Virus record (IMG/VR): IMGVR_UViG_3300025099_000028
Location: 1 to 54,514 of that record
Strand: one strand, 5' to 3'
Source of the DNA: a virus
Lineage: Duplodnaviria > Caudoviricetes
DNA: 54,514 nucleotides
In this document: positions 28,480 through 38,058 of the stretch, in pieces
Numbering within the stretch: the stretch's first letter is position 1
How the letters are laid out: every line of letters starts with the position of its first letter
Position numbers and translations under genes: made by a program
Notes under the pieces: generated by a model
Database searches by the model: none
What the model was told of the DNA's origin: nothing
Seen by the model: the letters and a program-made list of their open reading frames with translations, nothing else

Positions 28480-29736
28480 ATGGGTTCAGGAAGTTTACAA
28501 GAGTCATTAGGAAAACTATTAGAACTGTCATATAAAGGATATGCTGAAGAACAGGCTAGTCTTTTAACTGCTATGGATACTTTAGCTACAGCTTCTAGTA
28601 AGTTTACTACTGAGGAACAATATGCCAAAGCATTAAGTTTAGCAGGGGAGACTATGGCTAAGGTCAGAGGATCTGCGAATGAAAAAGTTGCTGATGCATA
28701 TAATAATGCATTACAAGATAGTTTCATTAACTTTGAAACAGATAGAAGCATTGCTCAGTCTATTGGAGCATCAGAAGCTGCTATAGCTAATTTAATGGAT
28801 GAATATAAAACATCAGAAATGCAAGATATCCTGGGAGCCTTACATAAAGTAGCGGGTGAATACAGGGGGAATGCATCTGCTGCTACTATGGGTAAATTGC
28901 AAACTCAGATCAAGAGAGCCCATGATATAGCAGATCTTGCAGAAGAGTTTAAGAAATATGATTCTGAGAAAACAGTTTATCATGATGCTCCAGCACTAAC
29001 AAATGAGCAAGTAGAGGCTATGACTACAGACGAATATGATGCATACTTAGAGGATCATTTAACGGCTGAGAGCCCTAAAGGATCGTTTGTTACTGGAGAA
29101 GGCATTCAGCTTGTAAATGAAGATTTAAAAGATGCCTATAATAAATTATCAAGACTAGACCTTAAGGGGGCTACAACAGAATTTGATAAAGCTGAAAAAG
29201 CTTATGTAAAGGATACTTGGTCTGGTAGTGGTAGAGTATTGGCATCTGTTATTTCTAGAGCTAATTCTCATATTGCAGATACCTATGATAAGAAGGTTGA
29301 CTATCAAGCCATCCCTACTGAAGGTCTAGCCAACCTAGATCCTTTATTATTAAAACAAACTGAAGAAAATATCAATAACGCATTAGTTGATTTTATCGAG
29401 AGTAACGAGGGTATCAGAGAGGGAACTGGAAAATTAGGCAAGGCTTATAAGGCTGATGGAGTTCGTGGATTAGCTGCAGAAATGAAAAAACAAATGGATG
29501 CTAAATCAGCTACTGATCATTCATTTGCATCTAAAACAGATTATGCAAAAATAAAACACATTAGCGGCACTGTCAACTGGAGTGATTTCGGTCCATGGAC
29601 TGGTGGTCGCGGTGGATTCTTCGGTGGAGATAAAGCTGGAACCAATGAGGCTTTTGCAAGTCTAATGGAAGCAATGTATGAAATTGGCAAAGTAGAAGCT
29701 AATGTCTCATCCGCATTAAACTTAGATATATTTTAA
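28480..29736 (+). CDS. internal virion/ejection protein
   Basis: 418-aa helical, Cys-free ORF in the cargo cluster. Confidence 0.65.
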   Translation: MGSGSLQESLGKLLELSYKGYAEEQASLLTAMDTLATASSKFTTEEQYAKALSLAGETMAKVRGSANEKVADAYNNALQDSFINFETDRSIAQSIGASEAAIANLMDEYKTSEMQDILGALHKVAGEYRGNASAATMGKLQTQIKRAHDIADLAEEFKKYDSEKTVYHDAPALTNEQVEAMTTDEYDAYLEDHLTAESPKGSFVTGEGIQLVNEDLKDAYNKLSRLDLKGATTEFDKAEKAYVKDTWSGSGRVLASVISRANSHIADTYDKKVDYQAIPTEGLANLDPLLLKQTEENINNALVDFIESNEGIREGTGKLGKAYKADGVRGLAAEMKKQMDAKSATDHSFASKTDYAKIKHISGTVNWSDFGPWTGGRGGFFGGDKAGTNEAFASLMEAMYEIGKVEANVSSALNLDIF

Positions 29737-29737
29737 T

Positions 29738-32700
29738 ATGAGCGTAAATAAGTATGATAGCGAAGGATTTGCAGCTAGGCTACGTGAACACTTTCCTACT
29801 CTATATGGTAGTACTCAATGGACTGATGATGAAATAAATGAAAATTGGATACAATCCCACCCTGAAGATATAGCACACCTATCACAAGAAGCTCAAAATA
29901 AATACTTAGATTATGATGTTGCATCTGGTAATTATGGCTATAAGCATACTGCTACCCAAGCTATTATGGATGATAGTTATGATGATACAGCGTATGCTTT
30001 TGCAAATAGAATAGTCCATGGGATGAAGCAATTCCCGTCAATGATGGTAGAGGGAGCATTAGGAATCCCAAATAGTACGAGGCAGTGGATAAAGTCTTAT
30101 GATGAAGCTGTTAAGAGTGGGCTTCTTAAGCGTGGCAGTCAACTTGGGGTTGGGTCTAAATTTATCAGAGATGAGCCATACAGGCCTGATTATGAAGAAC
30201 TAGATGAAGCCGGAGTCAATTACCTTGAAAAAGAAGATGTTCCTGGTTTAACTACCGCAATGACGGGATTGAATATGATTGCAGATGGTTCATTTCATGC
30301 GTCTGAGTATGTACGAGAATGGACAAATAAAAAGGCTGATGAATGGATAGCTAATGATGTAGAGCTACAATCATATTATGCATGGAAAGAAGATAACCCT
30401 TATACCATAAAAGATTTTATAGCCCACCCATTTAGAGCGATGAAGAACGGGATTGCAGATATGGCCCCAAGCGTAATTATGATGCTATCTCCTGGATGGC
30501 TAGCAAAGGCAGGCGGATATGCGGCTAAGGTAGGAATGGCCGGGAAAAAAGCTCAAGCATTAAGTGAGGCTGGTAAGGTAGGCAATTGGGCTAAACTAGA
30601 CAAGGCCTCTACATCTCTATATAATGCTAGTAATAGCGTTGGGCTTGGTTTAATGTTTGCTTTAGAGGGTGGCAGTCAATATCATGAGGCAATGAATTAC
30701 CTTGTTGATGAACAGGGTATGGATGCAAAAGAAGCTGCTGGCTTAGCTGGTCTTTCAGCAGCCATGTATGCTCCTGTATCTACATACTTAGAAAAATTAC
30801 AATTCAATTCTATGCTTAGAATGCTTGGATTAAGTAAACGAGCAGATAAGGTTATGTTAAGTGCTATTATGAATAAAGTAGCAGGTAAAGGTGGGGTCAA
30901 GTCTTTCGTGCAAACAGCCAGAAGAGATGCATGGAAGAAATTCGGCCTAGGAGCATTAGACATATCAATCAATGCGTTTGAGCAAGGGGTTGTTGAGGGT
31001 TGGCAAGAAACATGGGGAAGTGTTATAGAGGAGTCTATGAAGCAAGGCTATGGAACTGACCCTGACAGTGCAATAAATGGTATGTTTAGTGCAATGCATG
31101 ATAAGATGGCTGAAGGGGGGCTTGGAGGGATAGCGAAGGGATTAGCCCCTTGGGCATCCGATGATAAGCATGTAAGAGAATCATTCTTCTCTGCCTTGTT
31201 TGGCTCTATAATGCCTGGTGGATTTAATTTGGCTGGAACGGGTAGAAAGGCTTATAAAAGATATCTACAAGGATTAGAAGCTGGAGAAGGTGGTGGATTT
31301 AAGGTTGAAGTTAAGGGGACAAGGGTAACTGTCTTTGATAAAAAGGGTAAGCTTGTATCTGTATATGAAGCAGGTAGTGAAGAAGACGCACAAAGATCTG
31401 CAACAGAGTATGAGCAAGCAATACAAGAAGAGGCTATAACTCATTATGTAGAAACTATGGAAGATATAGATGATCTTGATGAGATGCTTGATAATCTGGA
31501 CATAGATATAACTACTGATAGTTTTGATACTGTTGAAGGTTACGCTAGGAATCTAGCGACTCAAATAGAAAATGGATTTGATGAAATTAATTCTAGCATG
31601 ACCCCTGCAGATAAGTCTAAGCTTAGTGAGATAGAGCAATTAGTCAAGGATGGAGAGGCTCATGATGATAATGTAGGGCTTAAAGCATTAAATCTTATTA
31701 AATATTCAGGAAATGCAAATATATTTAGAAAAGCTGGAGTTTCTTCTGGGACTATTGATGCTATCGAAGCTGCTGCTGTAGTTGCTATTAATGCTATGAC
31801 TGCTAATTCTTTATTAAAAAGATTAAAGTCTGGTAAAAAGGTTAGCAAGGGGGCTATGGATAAAGCACTCTCTAAGGCATCAACAGTAGAAGTGTTGGCT
31901 CATATAGCCAATGGAACTTATATGGATGTTTTAGTGCCTAGCTTGCTTAAAGAAGCCAAGATAGAGGTGAAACCCCGCAAGAAGCGTAAAAAGGTTACTA
32001 AAGAAACCGCAGAAGAGTTCAATCAAGCATTAGAAGATGAAATAAACGATAAGATAAACTCTGAGCCTGATATTACTCCAGGCCCACAAACTTCTATGAA
32101 AGATTCATTAGAGAAAAAGATAAAAGGAAAAGATTTCTCTAAGATTAATAGTAAGAAATTAACTGCAAAAAATATTACAGACCACTTAAAATATACTTTT
32201 CTTAAAAGTGGTAGCACTAAACTTGCAAATATATTACGAACTCTAAATAAGACTAATATTTATAAAATATCTAAGTCTCTTGGTATCAAGATGACTAAAA
32301 AGGATATATCTACTAATCAAACAGCTGCATTAGAGGCTATAGCTAGAAAAATTATGTCTCAAACTGATCCTATTAGTGTGGCTGCCAATGCAGTTGACAC
32401 ACAAACAGTTGATGAAGATGGAGACTGGAAGGATACTGAAGAGCCTAAGCCTAAAAAGAAGGCTACTAAAAGAACTACCAAAAAGAAGCCTGCTCCTAAG
32501 CAAAAGCGAAAAGCTACCAAAACTACTAAAGCTATTGATGAAACTATTGAGTCTGAAGAAGCTCTCAGTGATGACCCAGTAGTACTTAAAAAGCAAATAG
32601 CTGCTATCAAGAGAAATCTAGCACGCAATCAAAAGATTGCTGATAAGCCTGCAGCCAAGAAAGAAATAAAGCGTTTAAAGACTTTATTAGGCTCGCTTGA

Positions 32701-32998
32701 AGTGAAGCTTAGTGCTATAGAAGCAGCTGCTGAATTTGAGCAAGAAGCTGAAGAACACTTAAGCGATCCTAGTCCTCCTGAAAAAGAGGTTGAAAAGTTT
32801 GTTGAAGAGGGAGAAGATGATGGATGGGGAGTCCCTAGTAAAACAGCCCTAACTGCAGAAGAATTAGCAGAGCTACAAAAAGAAATGGGCACACCTGGTA
32901 AAGGTAGTTTAAAAAGCAAGGGTGCTAAATCTAAAAAGGCAGGGGAGTCTGCCGCTAAAAAGGCAGAGGATAAAATTGATGATGAATTATGTTGGTAG
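29738..32998 (+). CDS. large ejection/cargo protein with Lys-rich C-terminus
   Basis: 1086 aa; hydrophobic Gly/Ala helices with E...EG.QE motif; single Cys at penultimate residue. Confidence 0.75.
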   Translation: MSVNKYDSEGFAARLREHFPTLYGSTQWTDDEINENWIQSHPEDIAHLSQEAQNKYLDYDVASGNYGYKHTATQAIMDDSYDDTAYAFANRIVHGMKQFPSMMVEGALGIPNSTRQWIKSYDEAVKSGLLKRGSQLGVGSKFIRDEPYRPDYEELDEAGVNYLEKEDVPGLTTAMTGLNMIADGSFHASEYVREWTNKKADEWIANDVELQSYYAWKEDNPYTIKDFIAHPFRAMKNGIADMAPSVIMMLSPGWLAKAGGYAAKVGMAGKKAQALSEAGKVGNWAKLDKASTSLYNASNSVGLGLMFALEGGSQYHEAMNYLVDEQGMDAKEAAGLAGLSAAMYAPVSTYLEKLQFNSMLRMLGLSKRADKVMLSAIMNKVAGKGGVKSFVQTARRDAWKKFGLGALDISINAFEQGVVEGWQETWGSVIEESMKQGYGTDPDSAINGMFSAMHDKMAEGGLGGIAKGLAPWASDDKHVRESFFSALFGSIMPGGFNLAGTGRKAYKRYLQGLEAGEGGGFKVEVKGTRVTVFDKKGKLVSVYEAGSEEDAQRSATEYEQAIQEEAITHYVETMEDIDDLDEMLDNLDIDITTDSFDTVEGYARNLATQIENGFDEINSSMTPADKSKLSEIEQLVKDGEAHDDNVGLKALNLIKYSGNANIFRKAGVSSGTIDAIEAAAVVAINAMTANSLLKRLKSGKKVSKGAMDKALSKASTVEVLAHIANGTYMDVLVPSLLKEAKIEVKPRKKRKKVTKETAEEFNQALEDEINDKINSEPDITPGPQTSMKDSLEKKIKGKDFSKINSKKLTAKNITDHLKYTFLKSGSTKLANILRTLNKTNIYKISKSLGIKMTKKDISTNQTAALEAIARKIMSQTDPISVAANAVDTQTVDEDGDWKDTEEPKPKKKATKRTTKKKPAPKQKRKATKTTKAIDETIESEEALSDDPVVLKKQIAAIKRNLARNQKIADKPAAKKEIKRLKTLLGSLEVKLSAIEAAAEFEQEAEEHLSDPSPPEKEVEKFVEEGEDDGWGVPSKTALTAEELAELQKEMGTPGKGSLKSKGAKSKKAGESAAKKAEDKIDDELCW

Positions 32999-33006
32999 GA
33001 GAATAA

Positions 33007-36000
33007 ATGGCTAATAGTTGCGTCCCAAGACATATTATAGACAAGCAAATTAAGCGTATTGCTACTTTACTTAAAAATGCTGTAGTTGTAGAGATTGATA
33101 AGGTAAAGAAGACTGGTGTAGAATTAGATCCTGGCGAAATAGTTGCTAGCATAAGATCTAATATATTAGATATGCCTGGCAGAGAATGGCTTGCTCCTCT
33201 TATAGATGAAGCTATTGAAATGGCATGGCCAGGTGATAACTTTGTATCTTATTCCTATCATCACGCAATAACTGATATGAACTTTAAGCCTATAACTGTG
33301 GCAACTTTTACAGCCGATGAGTTTGTTAGTAGGGTTGATGAGTTGAAAGAGACTGAAGGTTTTGAAGAAACAAAGGAATATGGAGAAGACCTTGTGGGGT
33401 ATTCATCCCAGAAGTTTGGTGATACTGGGATGGATGCATTTGATGTTAATTTTGACATGGTTATTGGGAAGCGTATATCTGATAAAGACAGACGATTAAA
33501 CGAGACTAGAGCTAGAGAATTTGATAGTTTTGATGACTATCTAGATTGGGTTAAAGATTATTTTGGTTTAGAAACTATATATGATGTTCATATCCCAATG
33601 TTTTATGATAAGGCCCATAAAGATGATACCGGAGATAATAGAGATGTATGGGTAGTCCCGACACTAGAAGATGCTCAGCTGCAATTAGATTCTATTAAGG
33701 CTGGGCTCGGGGGAGGAAAGAATTTTGCTAATAAAATTACTAGATATGGTGATCACTATATTATCTTACATGATAAAGGAGATCATAAGCATATATACCT
33801 AGAGGGTTCAGAACCTACAACCTTAAAACCAGATAAGAAGAGAGAGCCTGGAAAGTCATACAAAAAAGAAATGACTCTTACACAAAAAACAAATCTTCTT
33901 ATATATTGGAACACCCATAATGCAAAGAACTCTATGGAATTTGAAAAAAGGATGCAATATGTATGGACTAATATGGATCCGAATATGGCTATGGAAGATA
34001 TGGAAGATATTGTAAATGCTATTGTAATAGATGGAGATAAGGGAATTATTGGGAAGCCTAATTTCTCATTAAACAACGAGAGGAAAGAGCCTAGATTCCT
34101 AGCAAAGAATTATATCGACAATCTCAAGAGAACAATAAGAGAAAAGCAAGTCGGGAGAATGACACAATATCACCCGATGAAAGAGGCTGGCACTATGATT
34201 CCAAAGAAAGATGGTTCATGGTGGATGAAGCCAGATCAAAATAGATTCAGTAGAAAAGATTTATTGCGATTTGAATATGATTTATCTCAAAACACTAAAG
34301 GTGGTACGCCTGCTCCTATGGTAATGGTAGGGATGACTCCAGGAGATACTGGCACTATTATTACTACTCTAGTTCATCCTGATCATGTAAAAGATTTATT
34401 TGATCCTAAGGAAGCATTAAACACAATGATAAATCTTGGTTTCCCTGATAAAATCATTAATGAATTTAAAGCTCATATAGCTAAGGGTGGCTCTGTTGCT
34501 AAATATCTAATGAAGATGGATAAAGAGCAGCAAGAATTTGACAAGGCTAGAAGAGTTTCAGAGGTTAAGTATAGCGAAGACGCCATAGAGCAGATGGATG
34601 AGCTTAGAACTAAGATAAAAGATATGGATGGCGTTGAGGGTATGGAGGCTGAGCTAAAAGAGGCTAAAATGCTTCTTAAAACTTTGCGTAAAACTGGCAA
34701 AAAGACTAAAGCTCCAAAGATTACTCCTATTGTAGCTGCTCGTATACAGCAAAATAAAGCGTTCCATGCTGCAATGTGGGGACATGGAGCCTCTAAGCTT
34801 CAAGAGTATTTGCAGATAGAAGTTAATGATGGCAATATGACAGCTGAAGATGCTAAGAAGATATATGATGATGCAATAACCTCTATGGCTAAAACTAATA
34901 TGGGAGAGTTAGTTACTCCTTATACAGTGCATTTAGGTGGAGTTATAGCTAGAATAGAATGGCTTAAAGCTGTTCGTGGTGATGATTTCATGCAATATGG
35001 AGCTGAAAAGGATGGTATAAAGAAAGGGGCTAATGCATTTAATGTATTTGATCGTCTCAGAATAGCATTAACTAAAGGAATTTCTCTGTCTGAGATTTCA
35101 GATAGAAGAACTTTTATCATTGATAATAATAGAGTAGAATACTGGCTTGATGGAGAGAAGCTAGACCATGGGCATTTAACTGAAAAGTTAACTGAAATAG
35201 AGAATATTTTTGATGGCGGGTCTATGTCTGGGACTGAAAGCCTAGACTTAATCGCAGAGAAAAATGGCTCTCAAAAAATTAAAGGTAAGGATCATAATCT
35301 CAGAGAGATAAAGACTACAGAGTTTCATGTCGGTGAAGAAGGGATGTTTGAAAAGAAACATGCATTATTTGCTGCTATTGCAGGCCTTGAGATTAGAGAG
35401 ATTGGGAAAAAGGGAGAGCAAGGAGACTTAATCGTTCAAGTAAAAGAAGAAGATGGTCATATAAGGATGAAAGATATAAATGGTAGGATTGTACATCAAA
35501 TATCAGATATGGATGCTACAAAGACTGCTACAGGAGAATATAATTTATTACCAAAAGAAGGTAAAGATGGAAAGGTAAGGCAGTCTAAAGCACCTTATGT
35601 AGAAGCTATGCTTAGCATGGATGACTTTAAAATTGTTATCAGCCCTCATCCTAAATCTTCAGAGACTACATATGGGGCTGTTCAATACTTATCTAATCTT
35701 AATTTTGATTTAAATGAGCTCACACCAGAAGAACGAACATCACTAGAGAAATATCAAAAAGTAATGGAGGATATGATAGGAGAGCAATCTGATATATATA
35801 TTGAGCTGCTATTAGAAGCATCATCTAACCCTAGTGTTTTATGGGATATCATTAAGCATTCATACAGCGATAAGGCTGAGGCCAAGCATGCATTAAAATC
35901 TATACTTAGTACCACTGGCGGTGCAGGACTCTATCACCCTAATAATTTGTCCATGATTAAGCCATTAATATTAAATATGCTAGTCAAAAGAGGTTCAATG

Positions 36001-38058
36001 CAGGCAAGAACTACTGATGATAGGCTGATTAATAAAATTACCAACCCAGTTCTTAAAAAGAAGCTACAGAAAATGGCTAAACATGGGTCTCATTATATCT
36101 TAAAGCCAGGTAGACGTGTTGAAAAAGGTTCTGTTATTTTGTCTGCTGATAATCATGTAATATTTGATCAAATAGTAAAGAAAATATATGATACTGGATA
36201 TTGGAAGGCATGGCGTCTAGCCACCGCACAAGTTACAGGTGACAATACAGCGCCTACCTTTGATCAGTTAAGTGACGAAAAGAAAGCTGAAGTTATGTCT
36301 GCCTTTTTAGAAGAGTTTCCTCAACATGTATTAACCTATAGGTCTCCTATTGGTCAATCAGCCGCTGTTGAGCCCAGAAGGATACAAGCATTTACTTATG
36401 ATGAAGGTAATGCTATATATCACCATCCAGACGATACTTTTGACAGACTTGTTGGTGACCATGATATTGATGAGGCTGGTGTGGTTATGATTACTGATAA
36501 ACAATTGAAAGATATACAAGAATTTCAAAATACTGATCTATATAAGCAGTTCCAAAGCCTTAATGCAGATATTAGCATCTTTAAGCGTGGTGAATCTAAG
36601 CATGTTGGTAGTATTGAAGATACAAGGGATACTATATTAGCCCTTTTAAATGCTACACATGTGCAAGGGCAAGCTGTTAATGCAAAGACTGTTGCATCAG
36701 CCCTGTCTACTAAGTTTGAAGAGATTGAATTGTCTACGGGATTAAAATTAAAACCCAAGAAACTATTCTCTCATAAGAAGAAACATAAGGTTATTATGAA
36801 TTATGCTCCTTTAAGAGAAGGGTTTAATCCAAAAGATTTACCGCCACATGCAAGAGCGGTTGGATATAATAAGAAGGTTAGGAAATGGGAAGACTGGACT
36901 CCAGCTCATGGTAATATGTATATAGAGACAAGTGCAGAGCATGAGTTCTTACTTATTATGAATGCCGCTGTAGATGTAGGTAAAGACGGCATGATGATGA
37001 ATATGTGGGGAGCTTCAGCAGAAAATTGGTTTATAGATAGGATGTTTACCTTTAATAAAAAAGCTCCAGATAAACTTGAATACAAAGCAATAAAAGAAAT
37101 ATTAAGAAAATTTAAAAATAGTAGCCTAAGAAAACTTAGGACTGATAAAACTCAAAAGCCAATGGATATGGGTTTATTGTTTTATATTTTAGGAGAAAAG
37201 CGTAAATTATTAAACTTGAATAGCTCCCAATTAGCAGATTATATAAAGAAGATGCCTGAAGTAAGCTATAGTCAAGGTGAAGGTGAAAATCCTACGAAAA
37301 AGATGGGGGTTACTGTTAAAAATGTTATCATGGTTAATGATGCTAGGATTAATGAGCTCAAATCACAAGAGAAATTAACTAAAGCAGAAAAGAATGAGCT
37401 AAAGAAGCTTGAAGAAGGTACGGTTGAGACACTGGAAGAGAAGTTTATAATGCGCTTGTATGATAAGTTTCAAGAGAAGTTCCCTCAAGGAGAAGGTCAA
37501 CTCGTTGAAGCTCCTCTTATTTTTAATCCCGACAGACAAGATATAGCGCATTCATATGCCCGCAATGAACTCCATGCAGAAATAAAGAGGCGGACCGACG
37601 ATGGGGAAATCTCTGTAGAAGAAATAGAAGAGGGCACTAAATTGGCAGAGAAATTTGCCGATGAATTTTATCCAAATATTGAAGATCTAGAGCCAGCAAA
37701 TGATTCAGATGATACTAAAGAAGAAGCTCGTGAACGATATATTAAGACTAAGCAGGTTGAATTTGATGAAATATTATATGATCTAACTGAAAAGTACAAC
37801 AAAGAGATAGCAAAATTAGAGTCTGAATATGGAGATGCTGTAAGAACTATATTTACTGACAAAATGTTATTTGGAGTAGGTGATAAGAAAAAAATTAGAT
37901 ATATCCCTCCTGTTGAATTACTATCGCCAGATTTAGTCCGTCAATATTTTGAATCTTGGGATAATCATTTTCTAGATAAATCTATATCTAAAGGTGTATT
38001 AGACCAGTCTCAATATGCTTATGATGAGTTAATTAAAATTGCAAGGGAGAAATGTTAA
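33007..38058 (+). CDS. virion-packaged single-chain two-barrel RNA polymerase (crAss/phi14:2 gp66-like)
   Basis: FDGG (35209), K..KKHA, YRSP (R at 36340), GDHDID (36454-36471), GQAVN and AAVDVGKDG (36964-36990) in the expected order. Confidence 0.8.
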   Translation: MANSCVPRHIIDKQIKRIATLLKNAVVVEIDKVKKTGVELDPGEIVASIRSNILDMPGREWLAPLIDEAIEMAWPGDNFVSYSYHHAITDMNFKPITVATFTADEFVSRVDELKETEGFEETKEYGEDLVGYSSQKFGDTGMDAFDVNFDMVIGKRISDKDRRLNETRAREFDSFDDYLDWVKDYFGLETIYDVHIPMFYDKAHKDDTGDNRDVWVVPTLEDAQLQLDSIKAGLGGGKNFANKITRYGDHYIILHDKGDHKHIYLEGSEPTTLKPDKKREPGKSYKKEMTLTQKTNLLIYWNTHNAKNSMEFEKRMQYVWTNMDPNMAMEDMEDIVNAIVIDGDKGIIGKPNFSLNNERKEPRFLAKNYIDNLKRTIREKQVGRMTQYHPMKEAGTMIPKKDGSWWMKPDQNRFSRKDLLRFEYDLSQNTKGGTPAPMVMVGMTPGDTGTIITTLVHPDHVKDLFDPKEALNTMINLGFPDKIINEFKAHIAKGGSVAKYLMKMDKEQQEFDKARRVSEVKYSEDAIEQMDELRTKIKDMDGVEGMEAELKEAKMLLKTLRKTGKKTKAPKITPIVAARIQQNKAFHAAMWGHGASKLQEYLQIEVNDGNMTAEDAKKIYDDAITSMAKTNMGELVTPYTVHLGGVIARIEWLKAVRGDDFMQYGAEKDGIKKGANAFNVFDRLRIALTKGISLSEISDRRTFIIDNNRVEYWLDGEKLDHGHLTEKLTEIENIFDGGSMSGTESLDLIAEKNGSQKIKGKDHNLREIKTTEFHVGEEGMFEKKHALFAAIAGLEIREIGKKGEQGDLIVQVKEEDGHIRMKDINGRIVHQISDMDATKTATGEYNLLPKEGKDGKVRQSKAPYVEAMLSMDDFKIVISPHPKSSETTYGAVQYLSNLNFDLNELTPEERTSLEKYQKVMEDMIGEQSDIYIELLLEASSNPSVLWDIIKHSYSDKAEAKHALKSILSTTGGAGLYHPNNLSMIKPLILNMLVKRGSMQARTTDDRLINKITNPVLKKKLQKMAKHGSHYILKPGRRVEKGSVILSADNHVIFDQIVKKIYDTGYWKAWRLATAQVTGDNTAPTFDQLSDEKKAEVMSAFLEEFPQHVLTYRSPIGQSAAVEPRRIQAFTYDEGNAIYHHPDDTFDRLVGDHDIDEAGVVMITDKQLKDIQEFQNTDLYKQFQSLNADISIFKRGESKHVGSIEDTRDTILALLNATHVQGQAVNAKTVASALSTKFEEIELSTGLKLKPKKLFSHKKKHKVIMNYAPLREGFNPKDLPPHARAVGYNKKVRKWEDWTPAHGNMYIETSAEHEFLLIMNAAVDVGKDGMMMNMWGASAENWFIDRMFTFNKKAPDKLEYKAIKEILRKFKNSSLRKLRTDKTQKPMDMGLLFYILGEKRKLLNLNSSQLADYIKKMPEVSYSQGEGENPTKKMGVTVKNVIMVNDARINELKSQEKLTKAEKNELKKLEEGTVETLEEKFIMRLYDKFQEKFPQGEGQLVEAPLIFNPDRQDIAHSYARNELHAEIKRRTDDGEISVEEIEEGTKLAEKFADEFYPNIEDLEPANDSDDTKEEARERYIKTKQVEFDEILYDLTEKYNKEIAKLESEYGDAVRTIFTDKMLFGVGDKKKIRYIPPVELLSPDLVRQYFESWDNHFLDKSISKGVLDQSQYAYDELIKIAREKC

